Below, in pieces: positions 51,541 to 64,000 of a stretch of 64,000 nt of DNA (positions are counted from its first letter, which is position 1; the number at the start of each line of letters is the position of its first letter). Source of the DNA: Octopus sinensis (Eukaryota). The translations under genes and the position numbers were made by a program. The DNA is taken from positions 35,526,001 to 35,590,000 of the forward strand of contig NC_043012.1 in NCBI RefSeq assembly GCF_006345805.1. Reading direction: 5' to 3'. The notes beneath the pieces are model-generated. The model made no database searches. It was given only the letters and a program-made list of their open reading frames with translations, and was not told the DNA's origin.

Positions 51541-53006
51541 ATTATTATTATTGCCATCCACCTCTGCCTACCCTCCTTCTCCTCCTCCTCCTCCTCCTCT
51601 TCTTCTTCTTCTAATTACTATTGTGATAATTATTATCATAAAATAACTGAAAACGGAGAAATCCATGCGTGAAGAAGCCAAGGTGGTGAGCACTGCAAGG
51701 CATTTGGAGCATGGCTTATAGGCACATAATGCGCACACAGATTTGTGTGCACACACACACACACAGACACATACATACACACACACAACACGCATGCATA
51801 TCTATATCTACACATTCATATTTGCCAGTGAGGTGGGATGGCCATCATTCAAAAGCTATAACAATGAGAGTGAGCACGCTGTGACCAGCAGAGCATAAAC
51901 ATCTAACAGTCTGGTGGATACAGTCACACACACATACACACACACATACACACGTACATACACACACACATGCACACACACACACACACACATGTGCGCG
52001 CGCACACACGCACATATATGTTTGCTTTCCTTATATACTGAAACAGATTTTTTTTAAATAAAATCTTAAATATCATACTTTTGTATTGTATAAGAGAGAT
52101 GCCTGAGATATGTATGTGTGTGTGTGTGTGTGTAAAATATATACAGAGATAGCTGTGTGTGTGTAAAAAGATATATATACAGAGACTGCTGTGTGTGTGT
52201 GTATGCATGTATACAGGTATACGTGCAGGCATTTTGATATATACCTGTATGCGTCAGTCCATGTCTGTATAAGCCATGCTCCAGATGCTACACAGTACAG
52301 TAGCTCTTAATGCATCGATACACTTCATACAAACACTGAATCACCTCTCACAACCATGTCAGGACAGCTGTACTTATACATATAAGAATAGCAAATAATA
52401 CAATTACTGATGTGTGCAAAGCTTGATCAACCTGGAATTAATTAATGAGAGGTGAACAAAGCAGCGCTCACTGAAATACAGGTGAATACAATCACATTTA
52501 ACATGTTTGTATTGTTCTTTTATGTAAAAACAACTGTTCTTACAGAACTGTGAAAGACTGAGTTGGTGTTCATAGCTGATGATGTGCAATGATAATGAAA
52601 TGCATGTACTTCACAATTCTCTGAGATCATTAATTACCCAATGATGTGTTTTCACATGTATTGTCTGTGAGGAGCAAAATGGCTATTTCCATAGTAAAAT
52701 GTATTCCCATGTTCAAATGCACCCAAATGTGTTAAATATATTTGCATGAACATATATAGTTTATTCAGCACTGGTGCATGCTGGTTTTTATCATTAAAAA
52801 TGTATTTAAAATATAATTAGTGTATCTGGCTTAAATATTTCCTTTCTAAGAAAAATAACAATCTAAAACTCAGTGGCACTCATAGTGTTCCCCAACGTTT
52901 ATCACCCCCTTGTGAGTTTACAACACTCACAAGATGGTCAACCCTGGCCTAATCCAGTCTGATCTATGATTAGGGAATTAAAGCAATTTTCTAAGGCTCA
53001 ACTCAC

Positions 53007-53157
53007 GTCGTGTGGCCACAAAAGGTGAATAAAGATCCCGAGTAAGTAGGGGCTCAGGTAAGTCTCGAAAAAACTCCTTTAATAGAGCACCGACATCATG
53101 TGGGTTCTGAGATTCATCAAGGATGACATCTTTGCCGCTATCAAATTCATCTCGCAA
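53007..53157 (-). CDS. ARHGAP6: ARHGAP6-like RhoGAP exon (LRDEFDSG...[24 protein letters not shown]...)
   Basis: 151 bp, phase 0/1, GCAG/GTGAGT. Canonical [14 protein letters not shown] motif. Confidence 0.97.
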
Positions 53158-53384
53158 CTGCAATGAGAAAGTTTCATTTAGAACACAGCAAATATAAAGA
53201 ATCAACGAGGAATATTTGTTTGACAGTTTTAACAGCACCTTCTTCCATTTCATGTTTGCCTGGGTTAAATGTCAGTATTTCAAGCAGAGTTTTCTAGGAC
53301 TAGGTGCCTTTTACACACACTCATATATAATATAGATACATATATATATATATATATTATATATACATACACACATATACATAC

Positions 53385-53415
<31 letters not shown>

Positions 53416-53668
53416 CATATATATATGTAGATGTATGAGTGTAAATATATATGTGTGTATATATATATATATGTATATATGTAAAGTATAGTAGCCATCT
53501 CAATATGGCTAACCACTAAGGGTGGGTGTTTACGTTGTCGAGCGGTTACTGTTTACATCTTGTTCAGAGATTTATATTATTGCTATGTATATATGTAAAT
53601 ATGTATATGTATGTATATATATATATAATATATATATATATATTATATATACATACACATATACATAC

Positions 53669-53699
<31 letters not shown>

Positions 53700-54733
53700 C
53701 ATATATATATGTAGATGTATGAGTGTAAATATATATGTGTGTTATATATATATATATGTATATATGTAAGTATAGTAGCCATCTCAATATGGCTAACCAC
53801 TAAGGGTGGGTGTTTACGTTGTCGAGCGGTTACTGTTTACATCTTGTTCAGAGATTTATTATTGCTATGTATATATGTAAATATGTATATGTATGTATAT
53901 ATATATATATTATATATATATATATATTATATATATATATATATATATAATATATATATATATATAATATATTATGATATGGTAATGTTTGTCTTTGTGT
54001 TCAGCTCTAATGAAACAAATTTTACATTAATCTGGTGGGTTTTTCTATATTTTTGTAGAATTTACAAGAATATTATTGACAGTGACTTCGAAGTTCAGCC
54101 TGTGAAACCATCGGATGTATCTTTTATCTTTTACTTATTTCAGTCACTAGACAGCGGCCATGCTGGGGCATTGCCTTGAAGAATTTTAGCCAAATATATC
54201 TACTCACAAGGCTTTGGTTGGCCTGAAGCTATAATAGAAGACACTTGCCCAAAGTGCCCCGCAGTGGGACTGAACCCAGAACCATGTGGTTGGTAAGCAA
54301 GCCACTTACCACACAACCACTCCAAAGATACATTACCCGACTACATAAGAAATATAATTGCTCATGATTTCTGTTGGAGTATGCTTAACTTGTTGACACT
54401 GACCAATATATCTATCTGTGTGTGAGTGTGTAAAAATATAGATACATATAAACAGACAAAAATATGTATGTATGTATATATATATGTGGACGGACACACA
54501 CATACACACATATTTTTCTTTTCTTTTTTTTTTCTTTTACTTGTTTCAGTCATTTGACTGCGGCCATGCTGGAGCACCGCCTTTAGTCGAGCAAATCGAC
54601 CCCAGGACTTATTCTTTGTAAGCCCAGTACTTATTTTATCGGTCTCTTTTGCCGAACCGCTAAGTGACGAGGACATAAACACACCAGCATCGGTTGTCAA
54701 TGCTAGGGGGACAAACACTGACATACAAACACG

Positions 54734-54765
<32 letters not shown>

Positions 54766-55197
54766 CACATATACAACAGGCTTCTTTCAGTTTCCGTCTA
54801 CCAAATCCACTCACAAGGCATTGATCGGCCCGGGGCTATAGCAGAAGACACTTGCCCAAGATGCCATGCAGTGGGACTGAACCCGGAACCATGTGGTTGG
54901 TTAGCAAGCTACTTACCACACAGCCACTCCTGCGCCTAATATATATATTATTACAAATTTGGGATACTGTTTACATTGCATTAGTAAAGTGTAAGATAGT
55001 AAATGTCCTGATAATTGGGAATACTTATTATTCCCTAAGATTTTAAATATATATATATCGTGTACATTAGAACACATTAATGTAAACTATATTTTTATGT
55101 GAATAATATATAGTCTATTGATTTTTGTGCAAGGCAACTGGTAATAATAATTTCTATAATTCTTATTACCCTAATATTATTTATTATGTATAAATAC

Positions 55198-55318
<121 letters not shown>

Positions 55319-56499
55319 CACATGCAGGCCCACACATGCAGATATATATAATATATATACAATTAATCAATAAAATTTAATAATTTAATAAAATAATTCG
55401 TTTCGTTTCGTTGGGAATTTTCCGAATTTTTCGCTCCCTTACAAGTTATCTCCGAATTTTTCGTTTCGTTGGTAAATATATATACATATAGATGCACACA
55501 CACACATTTGGTTAATTACCTGCTTTACTTTCAGACTGGAAACTATTTAAGAGCAATTAGCTGTTAACTATATTAATTATATTAAGAAGCTTCAGATAGC
55601 TTTTAATGAATTTTTAATCGTTAACATGGATAAAGAGAGAGGTAGAAAGAGAGAGAGGAAAGGGGCTAACGATGATTGTCTCTAATCCAAGTGCTAGAAG
55701 GGGATTGGCTGAGCTTTACAGTATCAATAAACATCATCATCATCATCACTACCACTACCGTCACCACCACCATCTCCATCATCATCATCATCATCGCCAT
55801 CATCATTGACAGCTGCTATTGCTGGAAGCTGTAGCAATGAGCAGAGATGGAGTAAGAAGGGCAGAATTTCCATTAGATAAGGTTTAAAGTACAAGTTGTG
55901 GGTGAATGAAGGTTTAACATAAGGCTGTTCACCATTCTGCCATTATTTCAATTATCAGAAGAGGTTAAACATTCACTGTGCGGAGGAATTGGTTAATATT
56001 CTGATGTTGCGATGCCGCATCGACCATAAACCTATATTGGTTTCAAACTTTGGCACAAGGCCGGCATGTTCGGGAGAAGGGGTGAGTCAATGACATCGAC
56101 CCCCAATAATTGAGTGGTGCTTATTTTATTGACCCCAAAAAGATGAAAACTAAAGTCGACTTTGGCAGAATTTGAACCCGAGACATTAAGACAGATGAAA
56201 TGCCACCAAGCATTTTGGAATTCGAACCCAGAATGTTAAGACGGATGTAATGGTGCCGTGAATTTTGTCCTGTATGTTATCGATTCCGTTCTACTCTAGG
56301 CACAAGGACGGAAATTTTTGGGGAGGGGGCCAGTTGATTAGATCGACCCCAGTACGCAATTGGTACTTAATTTATCAACCCTGAAAGGATGAAAGGTAAA
56401 GTCAACCTCAGCGGAATTTGAACTCAGAACTTACAGAGGCAAAATACCACTAAAGCATTTTGTCCAGGTTGTTAATGACTCTGCTAGCTCACCACCTTA

Positions 56500-56550
<51 letters not shown>

Positions 56551-57156
56551 TATAATTTATTGACTCTGGAAGGATGAAAGGCAAAGTCAACCTCAGTGGA
56601 ATTTGAACTCAGAACATAAAGACAGAAAAAGCATTTTGCCCAGCATGCTAACATTTCTGTCAGCTTACCACCTTAACCATAAAACAACATTAAAAAACAA
56701 ACAATATCATTGTCATCCTTTCACATCCACTTTTTCATGCTCGAATGGGTCAAAGGAACTTCATTGAAGCAGATTTTCTAAGGCTGGATGCCCTTCCATT
56801 CACCAACCCTCATCTATTTCCAAGCAATGAAATATTTCCTCATGGCCAGACAAATATTGGAAATGGATGACATTGCATTGCTGTGTGGCAAACAACTTCC
56901 GTTCCTAACCACTTGGCTTTGGGCTTTGGCATGGCACCCCTTAGTTATGTGTCTTGTATCATAGCCAGGGACAAAACCAAAGCCTTGTGAGTGGATTTGC
57001 TAAATGGAAACTGAAAGAAGCCCATTGTATATGTGTGTATGAATGTGTGCAAAGTGTATGGCCACGTGTGTGTAGTGTCCATGTGTGTATATATGGGGAG
57101 AGAGAAAGAGAGAAAAAGAGAGAAAGAAAGGAAAAAGGCCAAGCTCCAAGACTTAC

Positions 57157-57212
57157 CTGTTTGACTCTCTTCTTTGAACACCCAACTCGGAATATTCCCA
57201 AAACATGGAAAC
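57157..57212 (-). CDS. ARHGAP6: ARHGAP6-like exon with the catalytic arginine finger (GFHVLGIFRVGCSKKRVKQ)
   Basis: 56 bp, phase 1/0, CAG/GTAAGT. GIFRVGxSKKRV is typical of ARHGAP6/36. Confidence 0.96.
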
Positions 57213-58130
57213 CTGTTAAAAAATAACTCCTGAATTTAATTCCACATTGGAATGACAGAATTTCTCAATTTTACAACATAATACGCACACACACATACAT
57301 GTATGTGTGTGTGTGTGTGTGTGAGTACATACATATATGTATATATATATATAAAGTTAAATAAAATTCAGGTGAAAATCTTGCAGAATGCTGTACAAAG
57401 CTCATCCACAGCTAATGGCTATCTGATGTCATCATACAGTGGGAATGCTGTTACTGCTGGATATACATCAGGAACTCCATAGCATCCACAGAGATTATAT
57501 AAGTAGATAAATGACAGAAAACGGAATGAATGACATTCTTCATTTAAAGTCACTACAATTGTTTCAACACATTTTTACGCCTGTATTAGATTGGTGAGAT
57601 GTTGTGCAATCACTATCATCCATCCAAAGTGTGAAACGCACTTCCTCAGGTGATTGTTTAACTAAGTCCTTCATTAGATTTTATTGCCATTTCACTCAGT
57701 GTATGTATATGATGATGACACCTGTCTGTCTGTCAATATATATACCCATCTGTCTGTCTCCCTGTCCATCTGTATATCTCTCCATTTGTCTGCCTCTCTT
57801 TCTCCTTCCCTGTCTGCTTCATATCAACCACACACACACACACACACTCACACACACACGCACATATATATATATATGTATGTATACTACTAATATAGGA
57901 TGAAGTTTTTTTCTCTACAGAAAAGAATTCCATCAAGAAATGTGGCAGCATATTAAAAAATACCTTTATGGTTAAAATTATAAACAACTTATGAGCGAGG
58001 GCTAAAGAACATTATTCCAAAGCCAATATACTGATTTTCCACATATAATCCACTTGCTACAGAAAAATTGAACTGAAGTCGGGCAAACTAACCATTAGAA
58101 TGTATATATATAACTTAAAACGATATTTAC

Positions 58131-58335
58131 CATATGTTTCTATATGTCTGAAACAAGCCAGAACTATCTGTGGCACCATTGGACCGTCTCCAGAAAGGTG
58201 TTGAAGGTTTTCATCGTTAACACTTTCTCTTCCGGATATTGATAAAGATAATGCTTCGATGAGACTCGAACCCCTGTCTGTTTGCTCGGGGTTCCCTTCT
58301 GACTCAGACAAAGAGTCGGTGCTGCCTGCATGGAA
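58131..58335 (-). CDS. ARHGAP6: ARHGAP6-like exon, start of the RhoGAP domain (SSLIEALSLS...VPQIVLACFRHIETY)
   Basis: 205 bp, phase 0/1. SLIEALSLS and VPQIV..C..HIE resemble ARHGAP6 SRLLEALQLS and VPRLVDSCCQHLE. Confidence 0.92.
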
Positions 58336-58384
58336 CTGAAAAGAGGAAAGAGGAATCTATTCAACATTTCACTAAAATCATTAA

Positions 58385-58800
58385 AGTATTGAATGAGGAG
58401 GAGGAGGAGGACGATGGGTGGGAGGGGGGAAGAGGAGGGGATAAGGAAGAGCGAGATGCAGAAGAGGAGGAGGTGGTGGTCATGGTCGTGGTAGAATGAA
58501 GAGAAGGAGAATGGCAGAGGAAGAGGAGGAGGAAGAGAAGGAGAGGAGGAGGGGAGAAGGGGAAGGAGGAGGTGGATGAGGGGAGGATGTGAAAGAGGAA
58601 GCGAAGAAGAGGAGGGGCAGGGAAGGAAGATGAAGGTGCAGAAGGGGAGGGGAGAAGCAGGTGGTCTGAAGGAGAATGGGAAGAATAGGAGGGGAAGGAG
58701 GAAGAGAAGGAGGAGGAGGAGGAGGTGAAAAAGAAAGGAAGGAGGAAGGAAGAAAAGAAAAAGAACAAGATTATGGTGATGATGATGATGATGGTGATGT
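58385..58800. repeat. Purine-rich GAG/GAA low-complexity tract
   Basis: Plus strand is almost entirely A/G; fills a short ARHGAP6 intron. Confidence 0.95.
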
Positions 58801-58807
58801 TACTCAC

Positions 58808-58901
58808 AGAGCGATTGTTTGATGTCTCCAGTGGATGTGCAGCGTTACCATTGTGTCCAATCAAGGCTTCTGTGGAACCTTCTGAAGATGTACAAGGTTG
58901 T
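58808..58901 (-). CDS. ARHGAP6: ARHGAP6-like exon (QPCTSSEGSTEALIGHNGNAAHPLETSNNRS)
   Basis: 94 bp, phase 2/0, TTCAG/GTGAGT. It exactly bridges the phases of the two flanking exons. Confidence 0.8.
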
Positions 58902-60338
58902 CTGAAGTAGCAAGAGGGAGAGGAGGAGGAGGAAGAAGAAGAATTAATCGATGCTTAATCACTTAATCAGTCAATCAACCAATTGAACAAACAAATAACG
59001 AAGAAAGTAAAATATTGATCTTCGAGAAAAACTGTTCCAAAGTTTTAACAATTCTGTCCTCCATTACACACATACATGTGTGTGTGTGTGTATGTATTTA
59101 TGTATGTGTGCGTGTGTGTTTGTGTATATATTTTGTGTGTATATATGTATGTACAGGTGTGTGTATGTACATTCACACATACATGCACATGTATATATAT
59201 ACACATATATCCACACATACCCACGCTGACACACACACACATACATGTGTGTGTGTGTGTGTGTATATATATGTATGTGTGCATGTGTATATGTGTGTGT
59301 GAGTGTGCATGTGTGTTTGTGTATATATTTTGTGTGTATATATATATATGTAGGTACAGATATGTGTATGTATATTCATGCATACATGCACAAGTGTATA
59401 CACACATATATCCATACATACCCACACAGACACATACACCTGCGTACATGTGTGTGTGTGTATTTATGTATATATGTGTGTGTGTGTGTGTATATATATA
59501 TGTATGTGTGCGTGTGTATATGTATGTGTGAGTGTGCACGTGTGTTTGTGTATATATTTTGTATGTATATATATATATATGTATGTACAGATATGTGTAT
59601 GTATATTCACACATACATGCACAAGTGTATACACACATATATCCATACACACATACACACACACACATCCACACAGCCACATCCTCAATCCCCTCTTTCC
59701 TCCTTTGGCTCAGAAGAACCGTGAAGAGATTGGTGGAAAAGATTCGGGATAATTTTCTGCCACATTTCCAATTCCATCTTTAAGTAATATTTCTTGACAT
59801 TTAGCAAGGATCGACATTAAAGTTCAGCTGGATTGTCAACAATGTGGCAACCCACTTAGCAATCGATTGATTTCGACAAGCCACAAGATACACTGACAAT
59901 TTCTGTTTGAGTTAACATCATAGTTAAATGAACTGACACCCTAATATATAACTGGTATTTACTCCATCAATGTCTACTCACATATCATCCCCTTCTGACT
60001 GGATAACCATCACCTGCCTCCTCCTCATCATCATTGCTTTAAAGTTCACTTTTCTGTGGACAAGGTTTATAGAATTCTTTACAGGTGAATGCTCTTCCTG
60101 TCATCAACCCTTACCTGTTTCCAAGCAAAGTGATATTTCCCCAATGGTCAGACCTGTATTCTCAGAATGCTAGAAATAAATGGCACTGCTTGTGCAACAG
60201 TGACATTTGTTTACATCTATCATGTGTCAAGACAAGAACACACACACACACACACACAATAGCCACCTTTTAGTTTCTGTCTACCAAATTCACTAAGAAG
60301 GTGATGGTCAGTCCAGAGTTATAGTGTCCAAGGTGCCA

Positions 60339-60606
60339 AAACCATTTGCTCAAAGGCATTTGGCCAAAATAATTGCACATAGACATGTGCCCAGAGGCCT
60401 TTGTTCAAAGATATAAAAAAATTGCCGAAAGACATTTGCCCCAAAGACAATTGTCCAAAAGCATTTGCCCTAAGGTGTTTGCCTAAAAATATAATTGCTT
60501 GAAGGTTTTTTTCCCCTCAAAAGCATTTGCCCAACAAAATTTACCCAAAAGATATTTACCTAAAACATTGCTCAAAGATATTTTCCCAAAGACATTTGCC
60601 CAAAGT
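60339..60606. repeat. Degenerate ~14-15 bp tandem repeat (AAAGACATTTGCCC-like)
   Basis: More than 12 variant units such as AAAGACATTTGCCCC, AAAAGCATTTGCCC and AAAGATATTTACC. Confidence 0.8.
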
Positions 60607-60721
60607 CCATAGAATGAGACTGAACTCAGAACCAAGGGATTGCCAAGCAAACATCTTAATGACACAATAAACTCAGAACATGACCAGATGTAACATTATT
60701 ATTGTTGCTGTTGCTGTTGCT

Positions 60722-61082
60722 GTTGAGTGAAGTGGTCTTTGTCCCAGAGCTCGCAAGATGGGAGAAGTCCGAAACGTGGTCCTTTGCTATTCGTAAGACC
60801 CGCAGAAGAGAAAGCAGGTCAACCCCCGACACCGAGAGTATTGATGGATGGATGAATGTGCATCCAGGCTCAGCAGTTGTGTGGGAAGTGGGGACAAGAA
60901 ACAGGAAGAAAGAGTGAGAGAAAGTTGGAGCAAAAGAGTACAACAGGGGTTGCCACCAGCCCCTGCCGGAGCCCCGTGGAGCTTTAGGCATTTTCACCCA
61001 ATAAACACACACAATGCCCGGTCTGGGAATTGAAACTGCGATCCTCCGACCGCGAGTCCGCTGCCCTAACCATTGCGCCTCC
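60722..61082 (-). mobile_element. tRNA-derived SINE (GGAGGCGCAATGG head), copy 2
   Basis: Reverse-complement homolog of 48016-48399. Confidence 0.85.
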
Positions 61083-61122
61083 GCTACTGATGCTGTTGGG
61101 AAAACTAGCAATTCTTACTTAC

Positions 61123-61246
61123 TTCAATTCACGTTTCTCTGTTGCCTCTCCCAGGGATTTGTTACGCCGCTTCTTCAAGTTATTTTCATTTGCTATACAC
61201 CTTGACAATGGAATTTCAAAGACCAAACCAACAGGTCGCGGTTCCT
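61123..61246 (-). CDS. ARHGAP6: ARHGAP6-like exon (EPRPVGLVFEIPLSRCIANENNLKKRR...)
   Basis: 124 bp, phase 1/2, CCAG/GTAAGT. VFEIPLSRCIAN resembles AFGMPLSQVIAND. Confidence 0.88.
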
Positions 61247-61593
61247 CTGGAACAATATTTAACAGATCAATCCATGATAGTCCAAAACCAATTAGCATTC
61301 AATAAAATACAAGCTTAAAGAATAATTAAGAAGTAATGAAAGCCATACCCAACAGATCACAGATTCTTTGCGCCCAAAGTTAAAAGATCAATTGAAGATC
61401 AATCACAAACCAATCAAACATCAATTAAAGACTAATCATAGATGAATCAGAAACCAATCACAGACTAATTAAAGAGCAATTAAAGATTAACAAGATCATT
61501 GCAACAGGTTGCAATGACAGGATTTATCTTTTTGTAATCTGGATTAACTAATCCAGAATTTGGAACTCACCAACATAACATCTGAGCATGCAA

Positions 61594-61644
<51 letters not shown>

Positions 61645-62014
61645 TGAGTGTATGTGTAAGTGTGTGTGAGTGTGTGTGTATGAGTGTGTGTGTGTGTGAG
61701 TGTGTCTGTGTATCAGTGTGTGAGTGTGTGTGTGAGTGTGTGTATGTGTGTGTGTGTGTGTGTCTGCAAGTGTGCTTGCGTGTATGTGAGTATGTATGGT
61801 CATGTGAGTATTTATGATGGTATGTGAGGTACAGATATGGCTGCCATGCCATTTTGGGTTCAGTCCCACAGCACAGCAGCTAGGGTAAGTGACTTCTACT
61901 AATGCCCCAAGCTAACCAAAACTTTATGAGTAGCATAGCAGAAAATGTAATTGTTGGGTATATGAAGAAATTGCTGCTAATATTTTTGGAAATGGTAGAA
62001 TTTCAGCAGCTTAC

Positions 62015-62095
62015 CTTTCTGTGATAGAAGGCCACCAAGGTTCACAGACTGAGACCGTTTTTTCAGCCGCTTCTGTCGTTTGGCATCCACACATG
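62015..62095 (-). CDS. ARHGAP6: ARHGAP6-like exon (CVDAKRQKRLKKRSQSVNLGGLLSQK)
   Basis: 81 bp, phase 1/1, TGCAG/GTAAGC. Basic stretch like QKRKKSLRKK. Confidence 0.8.
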
Positions 62096-62499
62096 CTGCA
62101 GTAAAAAAAAAACATTTCATTAAAATGGGTCTGAGGAAGTTATGAGGTTATGAGATGCTGCACTGCCACCCAGTTCTGGGTGCACAGTTTCCTGTAGCAG
62201 AAACAACTGTTAGCTAATGAAAGCAATTTCATAACTTCTGTTTTCTTGTCATTCATTAATTTAGACTCACACACACACACAACTCCATATATATATATAT
62301 ATAATATAATAATATTGTCAGGTAGTGGTGTTAAGTTAGATATATATTTTGGAGATGTACTTGTTAAGTTAGATATATATTTTGGAGATGTACTTGCATA
62401 GTAAGTGACCTGATCTGAGATTGTGTGCTGCAATTATATATATATATATATATTATATATCTATATATATATATATATATAATATATATATACACACAC

Positions 62500-62750
62500 A
62501 CATCATCATCATCATTATTCGACCGTGGTCAAGACAATGGAATTTACCATGCTATGCCAGACTTCATGGTCCATCATAGCATTACGGAGGTCCTGTTGCT
62601 GGATGCCCATATCCCTGGAGATTACATCAGGGTAGGAGAGTGTGTGCCCTCTGATATTGTGAGTAGATGGCTTCCAGAGGAGAAGAGTAGAAATTGCCTC
62701 GTTTTCAGCTCTACAACAATGTCCAGCAAACTGGACTCTCCTACCTTTTA
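62500..62750 (-). mobile_element. LINE (RTE-like) ORF2 C-terminal fragment with (GAT)n tail
   Basis: RRVQFAGHCCRAENEAISTLLLWKP...SYPDVISRDMG...AMMDHEVW. Confidence 0.75.
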
Positions 62751-63685
62751 CACACACACACACATACATACATACATACATACATACAAGAGTTAAGTAA
62801 TGGAATAGATAAGATCCAGGCTACATATGTTTCATAGCAAGTGGGACCTCAGAAGTGGATATTTACCACTTCCACGGATCTGCTCTTTATGAAACATAAG
62901 TAACCTGGTTCCTATCTACTCCATTCCTTAACTCTTGTGTTCTTATTTGCACACGCAGCAACCCTGGGTGCCTACTGGGAAATATAAAAAAGAAAAATTT
63001 CACAACCTTCCATCTCAATAAACCACCACTCTCCCTAAAAGTTTTTTTTTTTATATCTACTACAGTTTGCTTAAAACTCACTTTCTTCCTACACCTTGAT
63101 CCTTAGATCCTACAATTATATATCCTTATCATCATCAGCAGCAGCAGCATTTAACGTCCGTTTTCCATGCTGGCATGCATTGAATGGTTCGACTGGGGTC
63201 TGGGAAGCCAGGAGGCTGCTCCAGGCCCCAATCTGATCTGGCAGTGTTTCTACGGCTGGATGCCCTTCCAAATGCCAGCCACTCCGAGAGTGTAGTGGGT
63301 GCCTTTTATGCGCCACTGGCACAGGGGCCAGAAGAGCTGGCATCAACCACGATCGGAAGTTGCTTTTACGTGCCACCGGCACAGAAGTCAGTTAAAGCGG
63401 CACTGGCATCGGCCACGTTCGGATGGTGCTTTTACGTGCTACAATTTCCATTTGGTTTGATTTTTATATTACTGATGTTGATGTACTTGACTCAATAGGT
63501 CTCCTCAAGCATGACATGAAGACAATGTTGTCTTTGAAACATATGTCGAAAGTAAAAGAATTTGAATAACATCTGCGTTCAACTCCATTTATTTACTAAT
63601 ATATATCTATATCTCTATATATATATATATATACACATATATGAACATATATATATGTATATATATATAGACACACACATATATG

Positions 63686-63728
<43 letters not shown>

Positions 63729-63976
63729 CATATATATATATCCAGGGATCGAGGTGTAGGAAGAAAGTTAGCTTCAAGCAATCCGTAGTAAATATAAAAA
63801 AAACAACTTTTAGGGACAGTAGTGGTTTAAGACCATTCTCAAATGAAAGAAAATGTTTAAAAGAAAACAGTTAGAGGGATACCGAGACAGACTGACAGAG
63901 ACAGACTGACAGACACATTGGCAGTCTGATAGAGAGACAGACACTAAAAATAGGAATTTGAAAGGGTTTCACCAAC

Positions 63977-64000
63977 CTTTTGGAATCTCTATGGTACAGT
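63977..64000 (-). CDS. ARHGAP6: ARHGAP6-like exon, partial at the window edge (..CTIEIPK)
   Basis: Reads CTIEIPK+G|GTTGGT; phase 1 matches the next exon. Similar to CQITIPKD of ARHGAP6. Confidence 0.7.

Noticed and set aside
58361-58864. 167-aa Ser/Pro-rich ORF
   Set aside because: Only the first ~19 codons belong to the real exon; the rest is read-through into a polypyrimidine intron.

Overview
Eukaryotic, AT-rich, microsatellite-dense genomic DNA. The SINE/LINE repertoire suggests an octopod cephalopod (Octopus-like); this is inferred from recall, not from a database search. Two spliced genes lie in tandem on the minus strand, and I assembled both by hand from GT-AG exons with consistent phases. 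(1) An ARHGAP6-like RhoGAP enters from the right edge with 11 coding exons in the window (63977-64000 down to 42681-43515); it keeps the catalytic Arg (GIFRVG) and ends in ETLV*. (2) VPS50/syndetin (CCDC132) has 9 coding exons from ATG 28318 to 5250 (315 codons) and continues off the left edge. The rest is transposon debris and simple repeats: tRNA-derived SINEs, 5'-truncated RTE LINE 3' ends, R4/Dong and Penelope relics, mariner and maT transposase relics, a Helitron and several MITEs. Most long ORFs in the supplied track are microsatellite artefacts. I found no convincing novel protein-coding system. The best leads are RNA-level: an inverted pair of Penelope-type minimal hammerhead ribozymes, each with one core substitution (19864-20295); a tail-to-tail LINE fold-back hairpin (21137-21428); a microsatellite-built candidate 3' UTR; (TAA)n-associated SINE arrays; and a composite Helitron with two 5' ends.
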